This document shows, one piece after another, positions 24,246-38,055 of a stretch of DNA of 64,000 bases. The stretch's first letter is position 1. Each line of letters begins with the position of its first letter. Location: contig OZ024745.1 of assembly GCA_964016885.1 (NCBI GenBank), forward strand, positions 110,112,001 to 110,176,000. Reading direction: 5' to 3'. The notes under the pieces were generated by a model. That model searched no databases, was not told the origin of the DNA, and saw only the letters and a list, made by a program, of their open reading frames with translations. This stretch comes from Eledone cirrhosa. Lineage: Eukaryota. Position numbers and translations under genes: made by a program.

Positions 24246-25759
24246 TGCAGAACCACAGAAACAAAGAACATCTGGCTTCTACCTTGAGACATAACACACT
24301 TATGATTACAAGATCCCTAACTGAGACAAAGTTTCAATAAAAAAAAAATGTAAATGGTATTGAGACTTATATCAAAGTTAGAATAAAGATTCTACAAAAT
24401 GGTCACCTCATATCTTCCATCATAAATAGATAATGTTAGAACACAAAACTATTGACCGATATAGGAAATTCTGGACAGTTTTGCCGCTTTAGCTACCTGA
24501 CAGTGATTGGAATGCTAGATAGAGAACAAGAATGGATAGTCACAAAGATTTAATCAAAAGCTATTTCCTGCAAGTGAATATTTCAAGAATAAAACTATAA
24601 ATATAAAATGAGTTTTGTCTTTTGTTTAGACAGAACTTCCGATTTGGAAGAGGAACTTGGAGAGAATTCCTTTTTATTATTTCTGATATAAAGGCTGGAG
24701 ATGTGTAAAAGTAAGAGGGCAAAGTTTACTATTGAATCCATCTATTAGAAAGTCTTGAAGAGTCAAAACATGTCTTCTTTCACACAGAAATTAATGTGTG
24801 TCTGTGCATATATGTGTATGCTTGCATTTGTTTGCAGAGGTTTGAATGTACACGTTTGTGTGTGTGTAAATATCAGCATGTATGCGTACAACTATCTATT
24901 TGTATGTACATGTAAATGTTTGCAGATGCATGGGTGTGTGTAAGTATATATGCACCCAGATGTACATGCATATGCATGCATGTGTTTGCATAGGAATGAG
25001 TCTGTATCAACATTTGTATATGTATGTGCTCAAACGTTTAGAACTTTTATCAAGAGTGTTCTGTGTTTAGATAAATATTTCTATCGACTAAAGTATGCTT
25101 TGCATTTGCTACTTGTCTATGTCTTTAATATTTCTATATGAATATGTTCATATGTATGTTTTTATATGTATATCTAAAACATAGACCTTCATGTCTCATT
25201 CATTGTACACTATAAATATATTTACATTGAATGTTTTAGTAAAATCACATATGTCAATGTATTGGTCAATCATTAAATAAAGCACTATAATCATATGTAT
25301 TCCACCAATTGGTGTAGATATTTATTGCTGTAAATCTCTATTTCATATATAACCACTAATTTATGTTTCAATGTCCTTGCACAGGATATGAAGATATCTT
25401 ACATTTCGATCCATCCATCCATGAACCTGTAACTCCTGATGAATTCATAGGAGTGCATAGCTACATTCCAAACCTGAGAGAGCAGTTCCCTCACAAGTAT
25501 TAAACAAACCTTATTTCCTCCAGGGAAATAAAGAGAGAGCATGTAAGAAAAAGAAAGTTTGAAAGAGATATAGTAGAAACATTGTACCCAGTATTGGACT
25601 GATACTTTTCTCATTAACCTCAAAAGTATGAAATGCTTAGTATTTTACAGTTACAAGTCATTAAAGATTATTACCTTTCACTGTTGAATTAGGATCATAC
25701 TTTGGCACCTTGGACAATAGCCATTTACCATCATCTTGGGCTGAGCCATGCCTTGTAAG

Positions 25760-25986
25760 TTAACCCTTTAGCATTTAAACTGGCCATATCCTGCCAGAAT
25801 TTTTTCACCCCTTTCTGTTCAAACCAATCATAACCGGCTGCTTATTCTTATGTTAAGGTATTGTTCTCAAAATAAATAATATCAAAATCACATAGATTCG
25901 ATATTATGTGAGATAATTATGTGAGGTAAAGCCTTTACCTTGAAAATATAATAGTATATATAGAGTAATGTAAATATTAAAGTAAA
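25760..25986 (+). mobile_element. piggyBac-type MITE (family D)
   Basis: Starts TTAACCCTTTAGCATTTAAAC; the 3' TIR is degenerate. Confidence 0.85.
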
Positions 25987-26216
25987 TGGACACTGTTTTG
26001 AAACCCATTAGGTGGACTGTACTTCTAAGTCAAAGGACCAGCCTTATCACTCCTTGTATCATGTTGAATATCTCTGGCAATAATATTAAGGAATGCTCAG
26101 CCAAGATTATGATCCTAAGTCCAACACAGTTACCACTAGTTCATGTGCCTACATATAGAGATATAAAAGGCATTTGTAAATTATTATTATTAACAAATGT
26201 TAATGGTGGAATGTTA

Positions 26217-26408
26217 GCGGTGGATTGGCAGTATCGGTAGAGGGTCGGACGCCATGCTTTCCAGCATAGTTACATCCCTTTATGATCTGAGTTCAAATCC
26301 CGCCGAGGTTGACTTTGCCTTTCATCCTTACGGGGTCGATAAAATAAAGTACCAGTAATGCACTGGGTAATTGCTGGCCTTGTGCCTAAAATAGAAACAA
26401 TTATTATT
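26217..26408 (+). mobile_element. SINE family A with 22-bp TSD
   Basis: attattattaacaaatgttaat at 26183-26204 and 26400-26421. Confidence 0.95.
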
Positions 26409-26594
26409 AACAAATGTTAATTTATATATGATGATGGCCTCTTCAGCTAATGTTGACATGCAACCTTTTGGATGTAGATGGAAAACACATGTACAGATTC
26501 TGTGTAATGTCATATTTCTTGCTTAGAAATGTGAGAAGGTACTGTTGCTACCTTATAACAAACTGAAGATAGATTAATATATGTTTTCCAGTAG

Positions 26595-26795
26595 TAAGCT
26601 ATCTTTGAATACTGGTTGTAGACTGACTAATACTACATAAATGTGCAGCTGTCTTCTGAATACTCTCATCTGAATTGTCTTCTCTGGTAAAGAAGTCTAT
26701 GATGCACTGAACAAGACCAGATTTATCAGGGGTTGCTGGGTGTGAATGTCTTGGACTCTTCATTATTAAACAGAACCCCACTTTCCAAACAGGGT
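26595..26795 (-). pseudogene. Possible Tc1/mariner transposase N-terminal (HTH) remnant
   Basis: FGKWGSV / KSPRHSHPAT...IIDFF...ESIQKTAAHL.SISQST.SIQR loosely matches the F.ETGSV..RSGRP...SIRK.A..L.IS.ST..R pattern. Confidence 0.3.
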
Positions 26796-27080
26796 CCCTT
26801 CTTCAAGCAATGCCCTCATCTCAAACAGAGCTCCTGCTAGTTTTTATCAATGAGGGTGTTTGATATGTATATATATATATTTATGTGTGTATGTATATGT
26901 CTTGTGTGTGTGTGTGTATATATGTACAACAACCATTTCTTTGCTACCTCCATTATTTGACCTCATGACCTGGTAGTAGGCTGATATATTTAAAGAAATT
27001 CAAATATTTTTCTCTCTATTCAGTTTCTTCTGTCTTTCTCTCTCTCTCTTCCTATTTGTGTGTGCATATATATATATATA

Positions 27081-27137
27081 TTCAGAAGATCCCGTAATAG
27101 AGTGAAAGCAGAAATGATTTGCTTAAACTTTAATCTG
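27081..27137 (+). ncRNA. Solo hammerhead-like motif, family H2 (variant CAGAAGA core)
   Basis: ttCAGAAGA-tcccgtaatagagt-GAAA-gcagaaatgatttgc-TT-aaactttaatctg, homologous to 18350-18405 and directly after (TA)n. Confidence 0.5.
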
Positions 27138-27711
27138 CACTAATATGTATGTGTGTGTGTGTGGGGGGGGGGGGGCACCAAACCTGAACTACTCCAGGCT
27201 CCCAAGGTCTAAATCTGGTCCTGTCACTGAACAGCATGTATGAGTATGGCCCACAGTTATATGCATCAGGAAATAACACATTAGTAAGTGTTACACTGCA
27301 ATTTTAAAACTTTGGCTTAGTTCTGGTCTTTTGGATCCAGACAAAATTAATTAGTTCATTCCCTCCAAAAGTCATCTCTAGGTTACAATATCTAATATTT
27401 TGATAATATTCGAGAGGTTCTACTATATCTACACACTACAATGAAGCTGATTATCTTCTCTGATCGGTCTTACATTCATAAAGGAGTTTATTTAACCTGA
27501 TTCTTTACTATGATCATCATTGCAGTTGACTGTTTTACAGCTATTTCTGCATTTGAGTTCCTTACTCTTTTATGAAATACATACTACACATGTAATGCCC
27601 AAATCATTTCATATGTTTTTATTTATTTATTTTTCATCATCATCATCATCATCATCATCATCGTTTATATATATATATATGTATGTATATATATATATAC
27701 ACATAATAAAT

Positions 27712-27850
27712 GTGCATGGCTTAGTGGTTAGAGCATTAGGCTTGCAATCAAAAGGTTGGGAGTTCAATTCCCAGACCAGGTGATGTGTTGTTTCCTTGAG
27801 CAAGACACTTTATTTCACATTGCTCCAGTTTACACAGCTGTAGAAATGAG
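27712..27850 (+). mobile_element. tRNA-derived SINE family C
   Basis: A-box TGGCTTAGTGG, B-box GAGTTCAATTCC, CORE-like tgtttccttgagcaagacacttt. Confidence 0.8.
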
Positions 27851-27879
27851 ATGATAGGACTGGGGGTCCCTATCATTCT

Positions 27880-28137
27880 ACTGCAAAGTGGTCGTGGAGG
27901 TGCCATGGCAAAAAGCACCCAGCACTCACTGTAAAGTGGTCGTGGAGGTGCCATGGCAAAAAAGCACGCAGCACTCGCTGTAAATGAGGTTGGTGTTAGA
28001 AATCAAGCCAGAATCAGTTCCTGTATGAGCAAGACAAGGTCAGCCGACCGGACACTGCCCACAACTGGACAACCCATCTAACCAATGCTAGCGTAGAAGA
28101 ACGGACATAAAACGGTGATGATGATGATGATGATGAT
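27880..28137 (+). mobile_element. Family B RTE-tail repeat with internal tandem units
   Basis: Closely similar to 4553-4820; ends in a (GAT)n tail. Confidence 0.85.
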
Positions 28138-28325
28138 ATATAGAAATGGCTTCTACAGGACTAGAACTGTTTCATTTGAAGGAAAAGCCTTTCCTAATGA
28201 TTTCTTTCGAATGAAACAGTTCTAGTCCTGTGGAAGCCATTTCTATATTACATTTCTTGTTTACACTCTATTAATATATTGAGTACCTTACTTACTGTGG
28301 TTACCCCCCAATTGAACCCGGGACT
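28138..28325 (+). mobile_element. Fold-back element family H1, copy 2
   Basis: Arms ~28138-28185 and 28201-28247; the right arm is ttc-CTAATGA-tttctttcgaat-GAAA-cag ttctagtc ctg-TG-gaa; shared 3' tail cttacttactgtggtta...attgaacc. Confidence 0.75.
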
Positions 28326-29940
28326 CACACACATGTATATATATATATAATATACACACATATGTGTGTATATTATATTTATATATGACGTCTGTCATGA
28401 ATGAAAGCGTTTTAGAACATTTAGAATATTTTCACTCCTGACATTTTTTTGTCTTACTTTTAATTGTATTCCATAAATTTTAGTATATTTTCCTCAGATT
28501 GAAGTATTCACGTGAGACAGTCAAAAAGGTTGTAAAAGTATTATAATATAGATTTATAGCTTAAACTTTGTTTTATTACAATCTTTTCTTTTTTCTTCTG
28601 CATATATGTGTGCTTGAATTTTTACTTTTTATTTGTATAACTATAAACTATTGTGTATGCATGTGTCTATGTAAATATGTAAGCATTATATATTAACATT
28701 GTTTTAAATTAAGTATAAAATCAAAACTGATTTCTATAAAGAAATATAATAAAGTAAATGTTTGCATATTTAACATGTCTAGTCAATTTATTTAATTAGT
28801 TACAGATGTTTAATGATTCTAGTTAACTAAAACATCCATCGTGGGAGTGTGTCTCGTACATAACAGAATTATATGGAAAGTGTAAATCTCATGGTACTTT
28901 AATTTCTTATGCTATTATTACCAGATAATGTAGCTAGCTTCTCTATGAAGTAAATACCAGGTTAGTACTATTAATGGTTATTTAAAGGCAGACATTTAAT
29001 AAAAAATGTATAATGTTTATATAAAAAAAGAAAAAAAGTATTGCTTTAGAAAACCTGATATAAAAATGCACTTTTATATGCACAGGGAAAACTGTTGGGA
29101 AAGTGAATATTAATCACCCATTTAAGCTTAATAATTAACTTTGACAAAGCAAATAATCTCACATTGAATCTGTTAGTAAACTGAAATATTGTAATTGTAT
29201 ATAATAGGAAGGAATTACAATAAAATAGGATATGTGTTAGTATAAAATAAACATACATCATTGTCTTACTTAAGTCGACTTGTAGATAAAATTTTATCAA
29301 AAACATGAGGTATGTATTCTTTACTTTTATTATAATTTTACTATTTTTTTTGTTTTCTTGTGATAGTAATATTTTTTTCTTTTGTATACTTAGAATTAAA
29401 CAAAAAGCAGAACAAGTAAAAATAACAAAAGGGAGTAAGAGTTTTGTGAGCAGAGAGAAACATGCATATGAATGAGACTGCATAATTTAAACTGTCGGGA
29501 TGAATATATATCATGATATTTTATAATTAAAACAGTTCATTAAATACAGATGTGGCAGAAAAGAATTTCCTGAATAAAAGTCTAAAATACAAATGCGAGT
29601 TGGACTTGGTATTGTAATAGTGTGAAGAACAAAGCCATTGTCTTGACATTTACAGTTGTAAACTACAGATATATCAAACATACAGCAGATGAAAACAAAC
29701 ATGTCTTCTATAATTATATTGTTATCAAACCAACTGAGTTGCATGAAATTTAGACTTAATAAAAATAGAATTAGCTGAGTAATAAGGACTGGTTGCTTTT
29801 TTTTCTTTTCTAAAAACACTTTTTTATTGCAAAGTTGAATGTGTTTACATGTTTAGATTCAGTGACATCAATGTGCAAATCAACATCATTATTGTTTTAA
29901 TGTCCGGTGGATTTGATATGTCTGTAGTTTTCAACTGTAA

Positions 29941-30133
29941 GGGCGGTGGATTGGCAGTATCGGTAGAGAGTCGGACACCATGCTTTGAAGCATAGAGTTA
30001 CGTCCCTTTATGATCTGAGTTCAAATACCGCCGAAGTTAACTTTGCCTTTCATCCTTACGGGGTTGATAAAATAAAGTACCAGTAATGTACTGGGTAATT
30101 GCTGGCCTTGTGCCTAAAATAGAAACAATTATT
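29941..30133 (+). mobile_element. SINE family A inserted into a family B tail, 18-bp TSD
   Basis: attattgttttaatgtcc at 29888-29905 and 30128-30145. Confidence 0.93.
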
Positions 30134-30804
30134 GTTTTAATGTCCACTTTCCCTGCTAGCAAGAGTTGGCTTGGTCTATATAGACCAAGCCAGTATTGAA
30201 GTGAGGCTACTGATCTCCTAGACAAGCCAGAGATCTACATGTATGTACGGTCTTGTGTTCTACCAAAGGCACAGGAGTGGTTGTCATGTTTTTAATACAA
30301 CTGAAGATCCTCCCAACCCTTTGTTTGGGAAGCCCTCTATGGCTGTATGTCCTTCCCACCACCAACCCCTTCACAGAATGTACTGGGTCCATTTACTGTG
30401 TAGATCACCAACACTAGAAAGGTTGGCGTACTGAAGGTACTTCTCAACCCCCCCCCCCCCCCCCCCCCCCCCATTTTCTTTCTTTTTTAAAATTATTTGT
30501 TGAATATTTATTTCCTTTACCACAGTCCTATAATGTTAGCCTGCAATATCAATCAGCTTCAAATACCTATATTGAAACATGTCATTATATGTCAATCAGA
30601 AAATGGATTAAATATTAAAGAATCTGTTTAACATAATTCCCATATCATACAGAATAAGTAACAAATACATTCAGCAGCATAACACCAGTCAAGGTTTAGA
30701 TATATTTCTCCAAAGTAACAAAGTTGATTACAAATTACCCTGTAAATATATTATAGACATAAAATACTCTTTTGTGCAACAACAAGATAAGCATTTTAAG
30801 GCAA

Positions 30805-31035
30805 TTTTTCCCTATCAAAGCAGGGGTTAGCTTGGTGTGCCCTATGACAAGCTTTTCTAATTTTCACTACCCTCTGCATCCTCCCTCATCAATCCTAGGG
30901 TTTTTATTTCATCCATCATAATTAGCCATGCCTTTTTTGGCCTTCTTCTTCCTCTACTTCCTTCCACATTCATTTCCATCATTCTTTTCACTCAGTCACT
31001 TTCATCTTTCCTCAACACATGACCCAGCCATTTAA
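30805..31035 (-). pseudogene. RTE LINE C-terminal/3' fragment
   Basis: KWLGHVLRKDESD*VKRMMEMNVEGSRGRRRPKKAW, the W.GHV.R...G.R.RGRP..W motif. Confidence 0.8.
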
Positions 31036-31796
31036 TTTCATTTGTCTCCACATTTACTCTAGTGTTTACAGGATTTATTTGAAAACCTAATGTAGAATTC
31101 TAATATAATGTCCAACAAAGCTCAAGTTATGTGGTAATGAAAAGTGAAACCGACGGAGGATATATGTCTTTATAATTATATATTAATGATAGTAATACTG
31201 TTGCTTTGGCTGGCAAAATAATATAGTTATAATGAAATGAATATAATAAATGACATACTTATATTGTTGGCTCAGGAAAGAGATGAGATGTAAAGTTGCT
31301 CTTGATAAATTTGGACTCAGAACTGACACACTAATATGTAAACATTCAGTTGTTATCTATATATGAATTTGAGTGACATACTTCCATCCGTCCATCACAC
31401 AATGTGTGTGTTTGTGTGAATGTATGTGTGTGTAAAAGGAAGGAAGGAAGGGGATGGTGAAAAAAAAACTATAGCAAAACAGCAGCTGCGTTCCATTTGC
31501 TACGTTCTGTGCGAGTGTATATGTATGTGTCTTTGTGTGAATGTGTGTCTGTGAGTGTGTATTTTTGTGTGTTTGTGTTTGTGCATTTACATTTATATAC
31601 TCATACAAATAAATGTATGCATATGCACATACACACATGCACACTCATATGCATCAGCATGTTGAAAAACATTCTAGTGTAATAAAATTCAGTAGTTCAA
31701 ATGTAATAGTTAATATGTCCATCTGTTAATAGAGGCAGGCATTTGGTAAGTTACTAATTTTAAATAAAAACAGAATCTTCTTCATATTTCAAACCT

Positions 31797-31950
31797 TCTT
31801 CTTCTCCTAGTCCACTTATTCCTGAGAGGGTTGTTGGGGCAGAATCCTCAAACATCCTTTCCAGTGGGTTCTATCAGAGGGAACCATCTCCAAGCATGAC
31901 CAGTCAAGCTCATGGATGTTATCCAACCATCTTGCCATTTGGTTTTGCCC
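31797..31950 (-). pseudogene. RTE LINE 3'-terminal fragment
   Basis: RWLDNIHELDWSCL...DRTHWKGCLRILPQQPSQE* followed by a (GAA)n tail. Confidence 0.6.
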
Positions 31951-34900
31951 ATAAAATCTGTCCAGCAATTCTTTCCTAAAACATTCTACCCACATGCTCA
32001 TAGTATCAGAGCTGTGATCCCTCAATTCAGAGAAGTAGCGGCTCTACCTGGAGTGACTCTCTGATCTCAGTAATGATTTAGCAGAAAATATTAAAAAATG
32101 TTTTGTTATTTCAAATGTTAATAGTATCTTTACAAGTGGACAGATCATTGGAAAATGTTGTTATATTAGCATAAATACTTTCAATGTTAATGTGAAGTAG
32201 TCATATTGCTATTTTGTACTTTTCATGAATGCCTTGTTAATTCAGTAACATGTGGTAAATGATGTTAAGGGTTAATATATAGACCACTTGTAGTACTGGG
32301 TGCAGGGCTAAGTCAGTAATAAAGACAAATATATTTACGCTATGTGATTATTCCATTTGAATTAATTTCTAGATGGTAGATGTAGGATCACTATGGACAT
32401 AAGCTAAGTCCCTCTGTATCAAACAATAGTAGGTGTCCTTTTTGATATAGCATTTATTAGAGTTCATTAACAAACCAATTAATTATGTGTGTGAGTATAT
32501 CATACATAGAAAGACATAACACACATTAACAAACCAATTAATTATATATATCTAAATCAAACCCTTGCTAGCAGGGAAAGTGGGTATCAACCAATGATGA
32601 TGATAATCTAGTTAGATATTATAACACACCTAGACATAAAAAAACACAAAACAGGGAAATTTGTTGCTGAAGAAAGTTACCCATTTAAGAGAACATTTAA
32701 TGCAAAATAAATCCTATATACCATATTATGGAACAGACTTCTGTGACTGAGTGATGACCTCTCTCAAGCATAATAATTACATGCAGCCAAAACCTACAAT
32801 TAGTACAGCATCCTGTTATTTGGCAAACAGAATACCTATCCAAACCATATATGTACAGAGGTTGGACATTATCAAATGGTAATGATGATACACATAAATA
32901 TTATCATGTGATGATGGTGATTATCATCAGCATTTTCATCATTATGATCACAATCATAATGCACATGTTAATTCTCTCATCATGAACTTGGTACAGCATA
33001 AAAGATGGCAGATTCATATCAAGTGAAAGGCAGTGAAGCAGTGGTTGAATGTGAAGCACAGTAGAATTTATGCAAATCAGAATAACTGACATAGATTGAG
33101 CAGATGATGAATGACTTCTGCCAATGACACTACCCCTTCACAAGCTACAAACTGACTAGAAAGCTTCTATATAGATGCTCAACATGCTTTCTTAAAAGGA
33201 AAGAGCACACTAGATAATGTAAACTTTTTATACTACAGTATATCTGAATAATAAACAGGGTTGTCATAGATGGAACATCTTTTGTCATAGGTCTACTGGG
33301 TTAGGCTGATATGGGACTAAACAATTGCAGGTAAATATCCAGCATGGTCAGTATAAGAAGGACCTTACTGTCCAGGTTCTAGCCACAAATAACCTATCTC
33401 ATTATGGACATTGTGTTGCAGGTACATATTATTTAGATGAGTGAAAAACCATTAACAGCTCCTTTGTACAAGAGTGACACTCACATTTGTGAAGCATTCT
33501 GTATTTTAAAAAAAAAGTAAACACGTCAATGACTTTTTGATATGTTAAAATTAGCAGCTAAATTACCATATTTTTAATGAAAGACATTGCCTATGATTTT
33601 CAAATAATTTTGAAAATAATCAATAATTTGGAGAGATTTAGTAATATGATTAACTTTCTCATTATTAAGCGAGTGTTTGGAGTAGGACATAAAGATTCTT
33701 AGATAAAATTATGATGGAAAGTGTTTGGATAAATCAACCCAGGTAAGTATAGAAAAGCAGATGTAAAATGATGATTTTAAGCACTTTAAATTAAGCAGAT
33801 ATATATCGTAGAACAAAGACCAGTTTCAGGTGGTTTAATAGCAAAAGGGTTAAATCACACTATGTCATCTTAAAAAGGCAAGGACACCAAAGAATATAAT
33901 ACTAGATATGTAAAATAACTAGATGATCAAGGCTGGAACATCAATTACATTAAAGCTCCCTATTTAATTTGTAAGACTGATGCTAGAAAATTTCATTTAA
34001 AATATAAGCCTCCAAAGCATTATTTGATCGGTTAGTATGAATCCAATCATGCTTTAATCTCTGGCTCAAAAAGGTGCTGTTTCCTCATTCTGCCTATTGT
34101 ATTGCTATTGCAGTGGTCTTTGGACCTTAAATCGGAATCAACTCATGCCACTTCCACTCAGAGCTTCCTAGCATACTCCACTCTCCTCCATTCCTCTATA
34201 TTGTGTCCCTTCCTCCACTCTGCACTAGCCACTTCACCCAAACATCTCTTTGGAATTCACTTCTTGCATACATTTTTCAACACTGCAGTCATCAATTTGT
34301 GACTGTATTGATCTCAGCAGGCTCAGAAGGCCCACAAAGGTAGAGCTTCTTCCTTCAGACCAAACTAATAAAACGGAAAGATAATTTTGAATTATCACTA
34401 TGGTTTCGGGGTGAACATATGGAACAACCATAGATTATCTAGCAAACAATTAAAACAAATAAACATGATTCATTATATAGGCACAGTGGGGGATTGGCAG
34501 TATTGGTGGAGCCTTTTACTTTCTGAGTTCAAATTCCACCAATGTTAGCTTTGCCTTTTATCCTTATGGGGTCAATAAAATAAAGTACCAGTAATGCACT
34601 GGGGTCGATTTAATCGACTCCCCCCCCCCCACAAAAAAAAAAAATAGTTGTGTCTAAATCAGAAACCAATATGTAGGCACAGAAATAACTGTGTAGTTCA
34701 AAAGTTGTTTTGCAGCCACATGGCTTTGGCTTTCCTCCCACTGTGTGGCACCTTTGGCATGTGTCCTGAGTTGACCAATACTATGTGAATGAAATTTGGT
34801 AGATGAAAAAGTCTGTGAAAGTCTGTCATGTGTATGTGTGTGTGTCCATGCCTCTTTACATTTACATAGCTTGATAACTGGCACAGGATTTCTGCAGTAA

Positions 34901-35833
34901 CAGAATACATGCACATGTGTGTATATGACTACATGTACACACACATACGTTGTCTTGTTTCTTTATATAAGAAAAGTTATAATTCTGTTGACAGATCTGA
35001 AGACAATAGAACTTAATAGCTTTAATCTATTATTTCCCTCTATTAAAAGACAATAAATTATAAAACCTAACTACAAAGTAATAAAACAAATAAATGACAA
35101 AAATGATAACAATGACAATATGAACTAAAATTCTTATTTCATTGGGAAAGTCAATTTGATTATGGATAATTCTAAATCAAATGGAAAATGAAGAAAAGAA
35201 AACAGTGTACAGGTAAAAAGAATGGCCTGAAAGCAAGAGTTGCTTTATTTTATTGCATGAACATGATGACTAATTAAACAGCTGGCTTCTGGCTCCACCT
35301 GCAGATCATTCTAAATGCTGCTTTATTCTAACTGTTCTAAACACATTATGTTCTATAGAAGACTCACTGGCATTTAATGAAGCAATATAAATAAACCCAA
35401 TTAATAAAAACAGCCAAATAGAATTGTTTAAAAAATTCTTTAATGAAATTTTCTAGATTTTGTTGCCATATTTATAATGTTTTTGCAGAAATTTATGATA
35501 CTGGTCCCAATTAACTTGTACTTTAAGAATAATAATCATCATTATCCTTATTATCTTAAATTTCCAGTGTTAAAGCTTACCTCAAGCCATAGTTAGTGTA
35601 GTGTTGAAAGTCTAACATGTAAAAATACAAAGAGAAAATGTCTGGAGAAATATTTTGAGAAATTTAGCATAAAATTAATTCTGAAGAAATATGGTTGCCG
35701 ATAGTTTCATGAACTAGTGTACTAATTCAATATCTTTAGTAGAAAACTTTGAATGAGAGAATGCAACTTTCTTTAGAAAATCTTAGCATAGAGATAATAT
35801 AATAGATTGATATTAGAAAAAGAAATCCAGTTT

Positions 35834-36049
35834 TTAACCCTTTAGCATTTAAACCAGCTGTATCCAGCCAGAATTCTCTCACCTCTTTCTGTTCAAACCA
35901 GCTGTAACTGGCCGATAACACTGATGTTAAGGTATTGTTCTCAAAATAAATAACATCAAAATCTCATAGATTCGATATTATGTGAGATAAAGCCTTTACT
36001 ATAAAAATACAATAGTATATATAGAGTTATGTAAATGCTAAAGGGTTAA
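35834..36049 (+). mobile_element. piggyBac-type MITE (family D), best-preserved copy
   Basis: TTAA|CCCTTTAGCATTTA...TAAATGCTAAAGGG|TTAA with perfect 14-bp TIRs. Confidence 0.95.
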
Positions 36050-36428
36050 ACACAACTACAAATTCAATCTATATCATCAAAAACTGAACATGTAAAATAT
36101 ATTTGTAATCTATACTCAAAGACTCAGAGAGACCAGAAATCCCTTATCTTAATTTCCAGCTTAAAATTCTTGATCTAAAAGCCATTTCACTATTTAAATG
36201 TATTTGTCCATAGATCTCAGACTTTTGAAAGATCTGTCACTTCAACAGGCACAGGGACCTCTAGTAACATCTTTACAGCTTTCTAATGGCTTGCAGACCC
36301 CAAGCTGGTAATTACTGTCCTACATATAACAAGGAGGTCTGTATAATGTTTAGTCTTAGTTGATTTATTTCACATTTCTTATACAATGTGCTAATAAATT
36401 CAACCAGAGGAAATACCTTGGTCTACTA

Positions 36429-36592
36429 CAGTCAGGTACACACTGTCGCCTGAGAGCTGCATGCGGCTCGTTTGGTTTTCTGAATGGCATGCCTAATTTC
36501 AAAATTGCCTCGAAGCTTTTAGTAGTGTAGCCTGCCCTATGAAGAGCCACTTCTTATGCGACCCACAGCTTGCAAAAATTTGCCCATACCTG
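36429..36592. mobile_element. hAT (Charlie-like) MITE, 164 bp
   Basis: 8-bp TSD gtctacta at 36421-36428 and 36593-36600; CAG...CTG termini; subterminal gctgcatgcggctc and tttgcccatacctg. Confidence 0.8.
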
Positions 36593-38055
36593 GTCTACTA
36601 TAAGGAATTGACATTATAAACATTATTGCCAAGAATATTCTCACAAACAATATAAATTCTCATGACATGTCCCACTTTACTATTATATATAGTTTTCATA
36701 TATGGCTCTTATCATTGAGTACTTGGTATATGTATTTCTATTTGTTTTGGTAAATCAACACATCCAATTAATGGTGAAAACATTCTCTTTAAAGGTATTT
36801 TGTTATTTGCAGCAAAACCACTCTCCAAATACACATATACACAGCATGCACACTCATTTACATACACACATATGAAATAGAATTTATTGAGGTGGAAGTC
36901 AAAAGATTTGCGACAACATCCTGCTTAGTTTAATGGCAGAACTCACTATGTGGGCTCTATAAATTTGTCCTTATTGGTAAAACTCATAACAGGAAATAAA
37001 TTTAAAAGAAAAAAGAGTGAGCAACAAATGAAAGTATGAACAAACTGGTTTTTCACAGATCCAGTTCCCTCAAAGCTTATTGACTGGTAACATTCTCATA
37101 CAGAGTGACATTAGTGATTACATTTTTTTCCCCCTCCTCTCCTCCTCTTCCTACTCAAACTGAAAAAAAAAAAGAATTTGTTTTGTTTGGGGGTTTTCTG
37201 TGTGAGTATATATTTGTGTGTGTTTTAGAAGCAAGGAGAGACATAAAGAACCAATATACAAGTGTGTGTATGTATGTGTGCATATGTAGGGGTTTATATC
37301 CCTGTGTGTTTGCAAAATTCTATTTGTATGCATATTTTCATATATAAATATGTGAAGTATGTGTGTGTGTGTATATATAAATTTATATACGTGCTATACT
37401 ATAATGCACATTTGCTTTTTATTGTCAGTCTTATATCTGATTTGAAGAAAATCAATGTGGTACACTTTAATGTATGTCAACAGCAATTCTGTAAAGTTGC
37501 ATGAATACAATTTTGTCAGCTCTAGTTGGATGTGAGCCAGAAAATTTGGACAAGAGATACTGGTCATCAATAAGGTAGTTAGACTGTCAGGTCAGCTAAG
37601 TCAGGCTTCAACAATGAACTAAAGTATCAATTCTCACCAACTATCAATTCTACATTGCTGGACTTATGCAGAATTTTACTTTAATGTGATGATTGCATGT
37701 CACTAGTTGAAGAATCTCTATTTATTGAACTGGCTGTCCAGCCATGCTTAATTTATAGATATCTAAACACTCACTATCAATACTGTTTATATTCAATGAC
37801 TAAAGTAAAAGTATTGAAATGTGATAGAGCTGAATTTTTGGTTAAAACTATAATTAGTATTCTCTGCCAGGAAGAAACAAGTTCAATCTCATCCATAAAT
37901 AGTTAAACTGGATTTGAATCCATAAGACAATAAACAAAATTAAAGAGGATTTTCTTATTTGCTTCTTTATATCTTGGATTCATACAATAAATAGAACTAT
38001 ACATGAAAATATTGTCTTTTAAGCTATATCCAAACTGGTATAAATCATCATCTCC

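Noticed and set aside
25433-25453. CTGATGA inside a small GAATTC-centred palindrome as another hammerhead
   Set aside because: There is no GAAA, stem III or NUH at a suitable spacing.
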